From the NCBI GenBank assembly GCA_040387495.1, contig JAZKDQ010000006.1:113391-177390 (forward strand): a stretch of DNA of 64,000 bases, given 5' to 3'. Source of the DNA: Pseudomonadota bacterium. GTDB lineage: Bacteria > Pseudomonadota > Alphaproteobacteria > Paracaedibacterales > CAIOTO01. The translations under genes and the position numbers were made by a program. The notes under the pieces are model-generated. The model worked only from the letters and a program-made list of their open reading frames with translations. It was not told where the DNA came from and made no database searches. This document shows, piece by piece, positions 8,601-18,000 of this stretch. How positions within the stretch are numbered: the first letter of the stretch is position 1; every line of letters begins with the position of its first letter.

Positions 8601-11226
8601 GATTTGAGGTACATGAAGAAATACATTTTTTATTTAAAGCATCCAAGAATGATGTATTACCTGAACATGTTGCTACGCAAGTTGTTCCACTGCCTGAATT
8701 ATAAGGTGTTGCAGGTGGACATGTTGCCACACATGCTTTTGTCGCTGGATCAAGGTTTGTAGCAGATGAACATTGTGATACACATTTCTTTACTGCTGAA
8801 TCATAATATGGTGATGATGTTGGACACGCCGTACATACATTTAATGTAGGATCTAAGTATGGTGTTTTGGAAGGACACGAACCAACACATGTTTTTGATG
8901 CAGCATCATATGCCGGTGTTGCTGTTGGGCATGCACTACACGTACGTGCTGATGTATTAGCAATCGGTGTTTTACCTGAGCATGATACTGCACAGGTTGT
9001 TCCACCACCAGAATTATAAGGTGTAGCAGTCGGGCATGATGTCACGCACGTGTTTGTTGCTGGATCAAGGTAACTTGACGTAGGACATGATGCTACACAT
9101 GTGTTATTTGCTTTATTGAAAATAGACGCATTACCTGAACAAGCACTGCATGTTTTATTAGTCGTATTAGTCAATGGACTATTACTTGGACACACCGCGG
9201 TACATATACTGCCATTCCCTGAATTATAAGGTGTTGCAGCTGGACATGTTGCCACACACTTCTTTGCGGCTGAATCGTAATAATTTGATCCAGTACACGC
9301 GGCTACACAGGTATTTGTTGATGAATTGAATATAGGCGTCGCGGATGGACATGACATACACGTTTTTGTTGTTAGATTAGCATATGGATTTGCAGACGAA
9401 CATGTGGAAACACATGCTTTCGACGTAGTATCATATATTGGCGTCGCGGATGGACATGACGTACATGTTTTTAATGCAGAGTTGGCATAAGGATTCGCCG
9501 CTGAACATGTCGCTACGCACATTTTTGTTGCAGGATCATATGTTGGTGTCGCTGCGGGACAGACAGTACATCTTTTAGAAGCTGCATCTGCATAAGGAGC
9601 GGTCATTGGACAAGATAGCACACATGTATTTGATGCAGAATCATATGTTGGTGTTGCGGCAGGGCATGCCGTGCATGTTTTTGATGATGTATTATAATAC
9701 GGAGTTGCAGCAGCGCATTGATTGGTAGATGTTCCAGCTGCTAACGTTGTAGAAAAACCTGCCGCTTGCGTAGCTATTGTTGTAGCAGCTACACACGTCT
9801 TTGTTGTTGCATTGTATGTTGGAGTCGATGTTGGACATGCAGAGCATGTATTTGTCGACGCCGTATACAATGGTGTTGCAGCTGGACATGCAGAACAGGT
9901 ATTTGTCGAGGTATTACGCAGTGGTGTTGTTGCTGGACATGCAGAGCAGGTATTAGTTGCTGAATTATAAACAGGTGTTGACGTTGGACATACCGAACAC
10001 GTATTTGTTGCTGCAGTATACAATGGGGTTGCCGTTGGACATGCTACACATATTTTTGTCGATGTATTAAATTGCGGTGTTGCTGTAGGGCATACAGTGC
10101 ATGTATTTGTTGCCGCATTATACACTGGCGTTGTCGTTGGGCATACCGCACAAGACTTTGTTGTTACATTATACCATGGTATTGTCGATGGGCATGCTGC
10201 GCAGGAATTCGTTGACGCAGTGTACAATGGTGCTGTTGTTGGGCATACTTCACACGTTTTTGTTGATGAATTATACTTTGGTGCTGTCGATGGACATGCA
10301 GTACATGTTTTTGCTGACGCGGTATACAATGGTGTTGCTGTAGGGCATGCTGAACACGTCTTTGTAGTTGAACTGTATTGAGGCGTTGCCGGTGGACATG
10401 CAGTACATGTTTTAGAAACTGAGTCTGCATAAGGTGTCGCCGCTGGACATGTAGCTACACACGTTTTTGATGCTGGGTCAAAAGTTGGCGTTGAACCTGA
10501 ACATGCAGTACACGTCCTGGATGTAGTATTATAGAATGGAGCAGTGCCTGGACACGCCGCTGCACATGACGAGCCCGCGCCAGTGTTATAAAGTGCAGTT
10601 AAAGGACACGCAGTCACACATGTTTTTGCTATTGGATCAAGATAATATGGTGAGGCACATGAAGAAGCACACACCTTTGTTGTTGCATTATAATAAGGAG
10701 CTGTTGAAGGGCACGCTTCACATCTCTTTGACGATGGATTACCATACGGCTTTGATGCTGACGTACATCCTGTTGCTGTCACACATATTTTTTTATCTGC
10801 ATCAAAAATCGGCATATTTGTTGCGCACGCAGAACAAGCAGTGCCGTTATAAAATGGTTTTGTTGCATCAGAACACGTTACACACGTTTTCTTTGCAGTA
10901 TCTGTAAATGCTGCCGCTGGACATGTGGTGTAACATATTTTAGCTGTCAGATCAAGATAAGGTGCGGTTGCAGGACATGAAGCAACACATGTTGATCCAT
11001 TTAAATAAGGAGACGTCGTTGGACAAGCAGTAACACACGTTATTCCACTAATGCGAGGCGCTGTTGAAGGACATGTAGCAACACATGCGGAACCTGATAT
11101 ATATGGTGTACCACCAGAACATGAAGATGTTGCATGAACTAAGGTACTTTCCTTAAAAATGAAAAATAAAGACATGAAAATGCTTAGAAACACATAAGCA
11201 GTTTTTTTTAATGTTATTAATTTCAT
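5662..11226 (-). CDS. Giant secreted cysteine-rich repeat protein (C-x2/3-C-P-x3-P-Y units; VSP/furin-like repeat style)
   Basis: Uninterrupted 5.5-kb ORF. AGGAAA lies 8 nt before the ATG at 11226. The signal peptide is MKLITLKKTAYVFLSIFMSLFFIFKESTLVHA. The rest is periodic Cys repeats with no C-terminal anchor. Confidence 0.85.
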   Translation of the reverse strand: MKLITLKKTAYVFLSIFMSLFFIFKESTLVHATSSCSGGTPYISGSACVATCPSTAPRISGITCVTACPTTSPYLNGSTCVASCPATAPYLDLTAKICYTTCPAAAFTDTAKKTCVTCSDATKPFYNGTACSACATNMPIFDADKKICVTATGCTSASKPYGNPSSKRCEACPSTAPYYNATTKVCASSCASPYYLDPIAKTCVTACPLTALYNTGAGSSCAAACPGTAPFYNTTSRTCTACSGSTPTFDPASKTCVATCPAATPYADSVSKTCTACPPATPQYSSTTKTCSACPTATPLYTASAKTCTACPSTAPKYNSSTKTCEVCPTTAPLYTASTNSCAACPSTIPWYNVTTKSCAVCPTTTPVYNAATNTCTVCPTATPQFNTSTKICVACPTATPLYTAATNTCSVCPTSTPVYNSATNTCSACPATTPLRNTSTNTCSACPAATPLYTASTNTCSACPTSTPTYNATTKTCVAATTIATQAAGFSTTLAAGTSTNQCAAATPYYNTSSKTCTACPAATPTYDSASNTCVLSCPMTAPYADAASKRCTVCPAATPTYDPATKMCVATCSAANPYANSALKTCTSCPSATPIYDTTSKACVSTCSSANPYANLTTKTCMSCPSATPIFNSSTNTCVAACTGSNYYDSAAKKCVATCPAATPYNSGNGSICTAVCPSNSPLTNTTNKTCSACSGNASIFNKANNTCVASCPTSSYLDPATNTCVTSCPTATPYNSGGGTTCAVSCSGKTPIANTSARTCSACPTATPAYDAASKTCVGSCPSKTPYLDPTLNVCTACPTSSPYYDSAVKKCVSQCSSATNLDPATKACVATCPPATPYNSGSGTTCVATCSGNTSFLDALNKKCISSCTSNLPYTNGNTCVATCPTSKYLSGSNCLTSCPKDKPYISGGSCVSACPSSLPYVNGNTCVASCPTTMTLDTATKTCVSKCSSSTYLDPSSKTCVSNCPSAFPYNSGAGSTCLATCAGNTPYLDSTTKSCVTVCSSSMYLDFATKICVKTCPSGTYINPVSRTCIPTCPASTLIDPKTKTCVATCPADAAINNNGTCTSSCPSSTYLDTDRKTCEATCSASLPYISGNTCVKTCPKTAPYINGNSCVSSCPSSAPNLNGSICVSSCPSSTPTLYNKTCVTSCPTGTKFDAASKSCVSTCPTATPYLNGNACVATCPVSSPYLNGNICSAACPSTASISNNKTCVASCPDSTYFDSGTNTCVATCPTGAPKISGHTCVATCPSSSPFSNGNTCVATCPTSAPYANGKTCVATCPMSTYIDAASSSCVTACPVSAPYLGGNTCVASCPASTPLMSDNSCVSACPATAPYTNGSSCVAKCPSTMYLDPATKTCVAGCSAASFVDPSNNTCVDTCPASTPYSNNRSCVDTCPAPTYLNTSSKTCVASCPAALPYLNGNTCVSSCPTSAPYENGNTCVAKCPTSMYVDNSTKKCVTTCPTAIPFISNNMCVIGCPSTSPYASGNSCVSACPASAPYLNGTTCVSACPTSMPYMNNNICVATCPVLTKLDPTTQNCVSTCASATPYASGTSCVATCPLSTYLYNGNCLSSCPANSPYMSNNSCVSSCPTGTYLSGNTCTALCPNTAPYSLDGVCTAQCPASMYLSNMTCLAACPASMPYQNGNNCVAACPTNAPKLDGKDCVATCPTTTPYSSSGVCVSSCSTFLQPFLSSDGKTCVSSCPSIAPYLYGNSCVSTCPASAPTLNGTTCTSGCSGSTPYFDASTYACTAVCPSTAQYNTGYGSQCVAACPASMPYQSGTTCVATCPIAEPFNSGAGSKCTALCQGATPFVIGSTCVAACPANSTLGFGSLSGTCVCNAGTSYNTATKICS

Positions 11227-11495
11227 TTTTATTTTCCTTTTTTCAAGCACGTCATGCGATGAAACATAAACATCAACACACAGGATATTCCTTGCACTAC
11301 ACGTATTTTATAACAAAATTTATGAATAATTAGTTAACAAGCTTATTAAAGCTTAAGATTATTAACAATGATTATAGTAAAGATTAATTGCATCACATCG
11401 AAATAACATCTTATTTGACGGCATTAGCAACATACATGTATGCTTTTAACAAAGATTTTAATTAGTATTTTTTTAACGCTTGCTCGAGGCCACCA

Positions 11496-13106
11496 ATGAT
11501 TCAAAAAAAAGATGCTAAAAAAAGGAAGTCGGGCTCGATTATTATTCTTGCCACATTAACTACACTTGGAATTGGTGCTTGGGTTTATGCTGCTCATTGC
11601 TTTGAGAAAAATCTAATTCAGTCACACGCATGGCTTTTAAAGGCCGGTCATATTACTACTAAAGACATCAGCATCAATAAGTATATGTTAACTGCAAGCT
11701 TTGATAAGCCAATTATTAAAACGACCGTTGATGGAACCAACGTAGATTACATTATAGGTGACCGTCTTCAGCTTAATTATTACGTTCTTACAAAAACACT
11801 AACATTGCAGCCATCAGGTGATGAATCAATTATTTTCGATACTAAAAATAACACGCAACCGGTTGTGACTCTTTCAAGGAAAGATAATAAAAATGAATGC
11901 AAATACAGTGTACGATTTGCAAACTTCATCCCAATTTTTGAATTAAGAAGCACAGACTCAGCCACGATGCTTTCAAGCGCTATTAAAATCATAAAATCCA
12001 TTCGCGTACACTGCAAAAATAGTGAAATTCAAATTAACGGCATTGGAACAATTTCCGCACGATTAATTAAATTCACCACTCAACCCACTATCAAAGCAGA
12101 CAAAACAGGCGCAGTAACTCTTCATCTTCGCGATCTATATAGTTTAAATGGCTTCAATTACGTTGCTGACAAAGATACACAGCAACCTTTAAGCACAATG
12201 CCCCTGCCAAAGACAAGCACTGGTCATTCACATATGATTATTCATTTAGGGGATAAAAGCGCAGCAACAACTGATAAAATCATTATTGAATTCTTATCTG
12301 GCTTTGATTGGAAGAAATTAGCTGAATCTCTTGAAATTCAGGCAAAGAGTGAGGGGAAACAGTCATTCGAAGGACTAACGCGCGAATCTTTTTCAAATAT
12401 GGCCTACTCAGGCTCAAAAAAGACCGTTAATTTGCATATTGATTTTGATGATACATATGACGCCACTTGGAAACAAGAATACCTACCGCTTTTACAATTA
12501 GCCTCTTCATTCATAAACAGTGAAAAGAAGGAAGAAGTTTCCGACGAGAAGTTATCGGCCTTATTGCCCAGCATTGAAAATCACAATCCTATTAAGAAGA
12601 CAATCGATTTTAACATCACATTTGACGACGCCTATATAAATACAAAATTAGGACTCGGCTATAACATAACCCAACATGGTGCACAGTTAACCGTAGAACT
12701 CCCCCTCAAGAAAAATGCAATCTGGAATATGATGAAACAACTTGATACTTTCACAGACCGAGAACTTGAAACATATATTGATGGCTCTATTACAGGAAAG
12801 CTAATCCTTAAAAACAGCAAGGCAATTTTTGATGATATCGAAAGCATCTTTATTCGTTGTCAAAAAATCTTTAGTGATTCACACCTCTTTGGTGATTTAA
12901 AAACAAATAGGCAATTTGCTGATATGGCATTAACATCATTTGGAGATAAAATAGATGATAACCGATTGCGAATTCAAGTGTCATATGACACAAAATTGAA
13001 AAAACTTAATTATGACTCAGCGCGTAATGCTGGCGATATCATGACTAAATTGTTACCAATGATCTTTAATGGACATGATGCACATGGGCATGATCATACG
13101 CATTAA
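11496..13106 (+). CDS. Hypothetical N-terminally anchored protein (possibly YdgA/DUF945-like) with a His-rich C-terminal tail
   Basis: It has one N-terminal TM segment (IIILATLTTLGIGAWVYAA) and the tail NGHDAHGHDHTH. It is divergent from the giant gene. The YdgA resemblance is architecture only. Confidence 0.55.
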   Translation: MIQKKDAKKRKSGSIIILATLTTLGIGAWVYAAHCFEKNLIQSHAWLLKAGHITTKDISINKYMLTASFDKPIIKTTVDGTNVDYIIGDRLQLNYYVLTKTLTLQPSGDESIIFDTKNNTQPVVTLSRKDNKNECKYSVRFANFIPIFELRSTDSATMLSSAIKIIKSIRVHCKNSEIQINGIGTISARLIKFTTQPTIKADKTGAVTLHLRDLYSLNGFNYVADKDTQQPLSTMPLPKTSTGHSHMIIHLGDKSAATTDKIIIEFLSGFDWKKLAESLEIQAKSEGKQSFEGLTRESFSNMAYSGSKKTVNLHIDFDDTYDATWKQEYLPLLQLASSFINSEKKEEVSDEKLSALLPSIENHNPIKKTIDFNITFDDAYINTKLGLGYNITQHGAQLTVELPLKKNAIWNMMKQLDTFTDRELETYIDGSITGKLILKNSKAIFDDIESIFIRCQKIFSDSHLFGDLKTNRQFADMALTSFGDKIDDNRLRIQVSYDTKLKKLNYDSARNAGDIMTKLLPMIFNGHDAHGHDHTH

Positions 13107-13229
13107 GCAGCTTTGCAAAAACACCATTTTCAGAAGTAATTAGGTAGCAATACCTCAAGATTCGCGCAGCGGAGTTTGCTACAGTAAATGAGCAGTATAG
13201 ATATTGCAGAGAGCTGCACTAACTGATCA

Positions 13230-14501
13230 TTAATGAAATTGGTAAAAGGTTCCACCTGTAAGCGGTTTTGACACGCCGGTTGTGTTTGGCAAACTAAGCG
13301 GTTTTCCTTGCAAACTTCGTACAGCAAGATAAGCAAAAATTTGAGCTTCCATAGCTTGACTATTCCAACCCGCGTCATCTGCAGTTTGTACAATTATTTC
13401 GTCCCCTAAAAGGGTGCATAATTCATCTTCAAATACATTGCAAATGACAGAATTCTTCCACCCACCGCCACACAAAACCCAACGCTTTGGCAACTGTATT
13501 TTATTTGCAACTAACGTTAATCCATCGACAATGGTCATGGCTGTGAATTCTTCAAGGGTTGCGCAGGCATCGTTTATGTTTAGCGCAGCAATTTCCGGCA
13601 CAAGTTGCATATCACCAATATCAAGTGCTTTTGGCGGCAATTGCAATAGATAATTTTGCCCATCTTTTATCAATGATGTATTGTAAAGTGCAGCAAGAAC
13701 GTCTTCGTTTACAACACCTTTTTGCCCATATGAACCATTGCGATCCATAGATTCGATACCATTTGTTCGCTGCCGCACGAGCAAGTCAATCAACCCATTC
13801 CCCGGCCCTGTATCAAAGGCAATCATATCGGATTCATCAGCACTGGGGATTATCGTGACATTTGCAATTCCACCACAATTAATGATGCCAACAGGAATCG
13901 TATTATCGCGGAATGCCAATGCATGGTGATACAGCGGAGCAAAAGGTGCGCCCTGCCCGCCAGCAAGCACATCTTCACGTCTAAAATTATGAATAACATT
14001 AATACTCAATTGGTCGGCCATGTGTTGTGCATCACCAAGAGAAAGCGTGATTTTATCAGCTGGATTATGATAAACCGTTTGCCCATGATAACCGATAATG
14101 CTTATATCATGTGCTTGTCGTCCAGTTTTTTGGAGGAGTTCCTTTACACATTCAATATGCAAATCTGTTGAGTGACGAACAACATCATCAAGCGTGAGCG
14201 ATGCCTCTTTATCATGAATATAACGCGTCAAATCATTAATTACATCGGCAGCTTTAAGATTCAAATGATTGGAAAGATAGTCGTTAAAATCACGTTCAAA
14301 GTACGCACGCGCTAACGTTAAATCACCTTTGGTCTTCCGAACAGAATATTCCAGGGCTTTTAGTAATAATTTAGTCTCGCGCCCGTAATCAAGTGCAACA
14401 TGCCCAAGGTCTGCTAAAACCACCCCTTCATCATTCAATTCCAGCAGGGCAGCATCGATACCGTCCATCGATGTGCCACTCATCAAGCCAATTGCGAGCA
14501 T
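13230..14501 (-). CDS. anmK: Anhydro-N-acetylmuramic acid kinase
   Basis: MLAIGLMSGTSMDGIDAAL N-terminus, plus GPGN and GGG motifs typical of AnmK. Confidence 0.9.
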   Translation of the reverse strand: MLAIGLMSGTSMDGIDAALLELNDEGVVLADLGHVALDYGRETKLLLKALEYSVRKTKGDLTLARAYFERDFNDYLSNHLNLKAADVINDLTRYIHDKEASLTLDDVVRHSTDLHIECVKELLQKTGRQAHDISIIGYHGQTVYHNPADKITLSLGDAQHMADQLSINVIHNFRREDVLAGGQGAPFAPLYHHALAFRDNTIPVGIINCGGIANVTIIPSADESDMIAFDTGPGNGLIDLLVRQRTNGIESMDRNGSYGQKGVVNEDVLAALYNTSLIKDGQNYLLQLPPKALDIGDMQLVPEIAALNINDACATLEEFTAMTIVDGLTLVANKIQLPKRWVLCGGGWKNSVICNVFEDELCTLLGDEIIVQTADDAGWNSQAMEAQIFAYLAVRSLQGKPLSLPNTTGVSKPLTGGTFYQFH

Positions 14502-14514
14502 GTTCGTCTAAATC

Positions 14515-14841
14515 TTAAACAGACTGTAACCAATCCAATAATTTTGTTTTGCTCATCAAGCTGTTGTGTGAGCTGTGAACCTTACCATCTTTGTACAAAA
14601 TCATCGTTGGAATACTGCGAATACCAAGCATCGCAGGCACTTGCGTGTTTTGATCGATGTTCATCTTAACAATTTTCACTTTGCCTTCAACCAATGGCGC
14701 TACTTCTTTTAAAACAGGCGCAAGCATTTGGCAAGGACCACACCAGTCAGCCATAAAATCAACCATTACAGGAATTTCAGATTGCAAAACGTCTTTTTCA
14801 AAGGTTGCATCAGTTACATCGTTAATCATTTTTTTCTCCAA
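14515..14841 (-). CDS. trxA: Thioredoxin
   Basis: 108 aa with the WCGPC active site. It sits downstream of addA, as in many alphaproteobacteria. Confidence 0.95.
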   Translation of the reverse strand: MEKKMINDVTDATFEKDVLQSEIPVMVDFMADWCGPCQMLAPVLKEVAPLVEGKVKIVKMNIDQNTQVPAMLGIRSIPTMILYKDGKVHSSHNSLMSKTKLLDWLQSV

Positions 14842-15039
14842 AAGAATTTGTTTGTAATAGACTATTCATCATTACACGCTTGCACAGCGCGCTCGGCAAC
14901 CCTCTCCTCAGTTTTCCTCCGACGTGATCGGTGGATCTATGGATCCTCTGGTTAAACCAGAGGGAAACTAAAAAAGAAAGCATTACGGAACAAGCTTCTG
15001 ACGATAATGATTATATATTATTACCTACACTAATTTCTC

Positions 15040-18000
15040 TTAAAGTAGGCGTTTTGTCCACAAAAAAAGCTCTGTAGCTATACAAACCTCTTCCAACACC
15101 AGTGCATCCGTCCAAAATAGGTATGTCCGAATAGGCTTTGCACCAACCATCGGCGTTATCGCAGACTTATACCCAGCTAGCTGTTCTTTGTATGCCTGAA
15201 CGTTGCGCTGTTCACCCGTTTTGAAATCAACAATCCAAAAGGCGTCATCAGTTTCGATCAATCGATCAATTCTAAGTAATTTACCATTGTGCAACAGTTC
15301 AATTTCGGACCATGCGTTATGTACGCTATGGCTCGCATGTGAACCCTGGAACATAAGGCCAAAATCAGAATGATGCGCCATGTCATGAACTTTCTGCAAA
15401 TCCGCCTCAGAAAGTCCCTCACCTTTCAATCCTTCATCTTTGAAGCGCGCCATCACAACATCCCAACGATCAACCGGTGTTTTTGCAAGTGTCTCAATCA
15501 AATTGTGAATAAGTTCACCGCGCTTCATAGCGACCGTTTGCTCAAACCTTTCGTTGACTTTCTTTGTATCTTTTGTTTGTTCATATTTCATATGAATCCA
15601 ATCAGGCAACCGGGGTTGCACCTTCAAATCATTGATCGCAGCACCTGCAGCATGCACAAACGTTGGCATTTTACCATTTACAACAGCTCTTTCAGCGAGA
15701 CATTTTTCAATCAATTCCGCCCACTTACCACCGCCAATTACCCACAAGCCATCGCGCGGCCGTGTAAGTGCAACATACAGCAATCGATTACGCTCCTCTT
15801 TCATAGAATCCAGCGCATTTTCACGTAAATCTTGCATTGATTCAATGGTCATGTCTGCTTTTGGCTTTAGGCAGAACAGTTCAACAATCTCACCACTTGC
15901 AGGATCATCAACCTTTGGCCACAATAAATTTTCCTTCGCCAAATCAAGGCGATCATCACGATCAACCACAATTACAAGCGGTGCCTCTAGCCCCTTTGCC
16001 CCATGAATCGTCATAATTCGCACACCTGTCGGCGATGTCGGATCGCGCTTAACAACAGGCATTGATTGCTCTAACTGAAAAAGAACCTCCGCCAGGGTTG
16101 GCGTGCTTGATTCAAGACCCATCACTGTATCCAAAAAGGTTTCAAACAACAGATGAATGTCCGCCCCCAAACGATTTTCAAACGCACTATAAGTTGGTTC
16201 AAGAATCGCACGTAACAAAAACGACGGGGCCTCATAGTCAACACGCGACAACCAACTTTTCAGCAAAGCTGCGACTCCCTCATATGCGGAGTTCTGACAA
16301 AGCACCTGCCATAAAGACCCATCACGATTATGGCACAGCTCAAACAAAGCCTCCTCGGTAAACCCATGTCCATCATTTACAAACGGGCTTTTCAAAATGT
16401 TCGCAAGGGCCATATCATCCTGTGGTAAACACAAAAAGCGCATGACCGCCATGATATCTTGAATGGCTTGACGTGACGCCAACTGAATACGATCAGGCCC
16501 TTCAACGGCTACATCTCGATGTTTTAGTGCACGGATAATCTCGCCTGAAAGCGCGCCACGATTACGCAGCAGGATCAATACGTCTCGTGCCTCAATTGCG
16601 CGATCAACACTTGGTAACACCCAGCCTTCATTAATCGCACGTTGTATACTATCCGCAACATGTTCCGCTAGAATTGTGTCTTTTGATGTATTCGTCTCAT
16701 ACTTATCTAGAATCGGCCAATCTGTGCTGGGCTCCAAGCTAGATTCAGCTTCTTCATCATCAGAAGTGGCCGATTTTTTCAAATCATCTTTTGATAAAAA
16801 CATCAGTCCAACCCAACCAGCATCACGACGATATGCATTGTGCTGCGTATAAATGCCCATACCTGTTGGACTTTCAGCAAACACAGAATCCACAACCCCT
16901 AACACCTCAGGCACTGTTCGAAAAGAATCATCCAACGTCAAGCGTTCAAACCGATGCCCGCGGCTTATCAGCATATGCTCAAACGTATAAACCAGTGATT
17001 CAAACAAATGAGGCACAGCACCCTGAAACCCGTAAATAGATTGCTTAACGTCACCCACCACAAAGAATGATCGCTGGGGCGTGTCATCGCGTACAAACAA
17101 ATCAACCAGCTTTAGAATAAACAACCATTGCTCAGGGCTATTGTCTTGCGCTTCATCCACTAAGATATGATCAATGGTATAATCAAGACGCTGATGTACG
17201 AATGCTAATGCCATGTCATCAGAGAACAACGCCAAGCTATGCAAAATCAGATCATGATAGTCCAATACGCCTTGTTCTGTTTTCAATGTGCCAAAATACG
17301 CGAGTACTGCTTGCACAATATGCCAAAAATGTACATTGGCAGCTAGCCAGCCATCGTACAATTCACGCAGTTGTGTTTGGTGCAAGTGATACGCAAGGTC
17401 GTCCAACTCAGCAACAAGTGCAGGGTGCTTTTTCTTAAAATCAGCAGAGACAATCTTTTTGCGAGGTTTACCATCACGTGTCAGAAAAAGAGTCGGCGTC
17501 AACCCTTGCGTAGCTAGTGCAGCGCCCAATGTTTTATCCATCCCTTGATCAGATGCCAATAACAATTCTGCCAACGCATCTGCATCAACATCAGGCGCTG
17601 ATGTATCCTCAAGATCAGCAGGAAAAGCACGCGCCAACGCCTGTTGATAATGTACTGGGTCAGGATAGGTACGTTCCAAATGGCGTACTTTGTGCCAGCG
17701 TGAGAATGCATCACGCAAGCAATTTTCAAATACATACTCGCCCATCCAACTGGATACGCCCTCAATCGCATCAGCAATTGCCTCAGTCGGGGGAGATTCC
17801 AGCACATGGCTAAGTGCCTTCATCAATAGTTGCTGGGCTTTATCATCATCAAGCACATCAAAGAAAGGAGGCACACCAGCCTCGAACGGAAATTTTTGCA
17901 ACAAGCTTTGGCAATACGCATGCAGCGTCATGATCTTGAGGGTTTCAGGCGATTCAAGCAGCGCTTCATAAATAGCAGCAGCTTTTGTATTACCAGTCCC

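Noticed and set aside
5879-10907. Numerous plus-strand ORFs (60-123 aa, His/Val/Gly-rich, e.g. 9722..9970, 10097..10381, 10536..10907) lie opposite the giant gene.
   Set aside because: They are mirror-image artefacts of the periodic Cys-repeat coding strand, because TGY/ACN-rich codons give GH/V-rich antisense frames without stops. None has an independent start context, and all are fully contained in the 5.5-kb minus-strand ORF.
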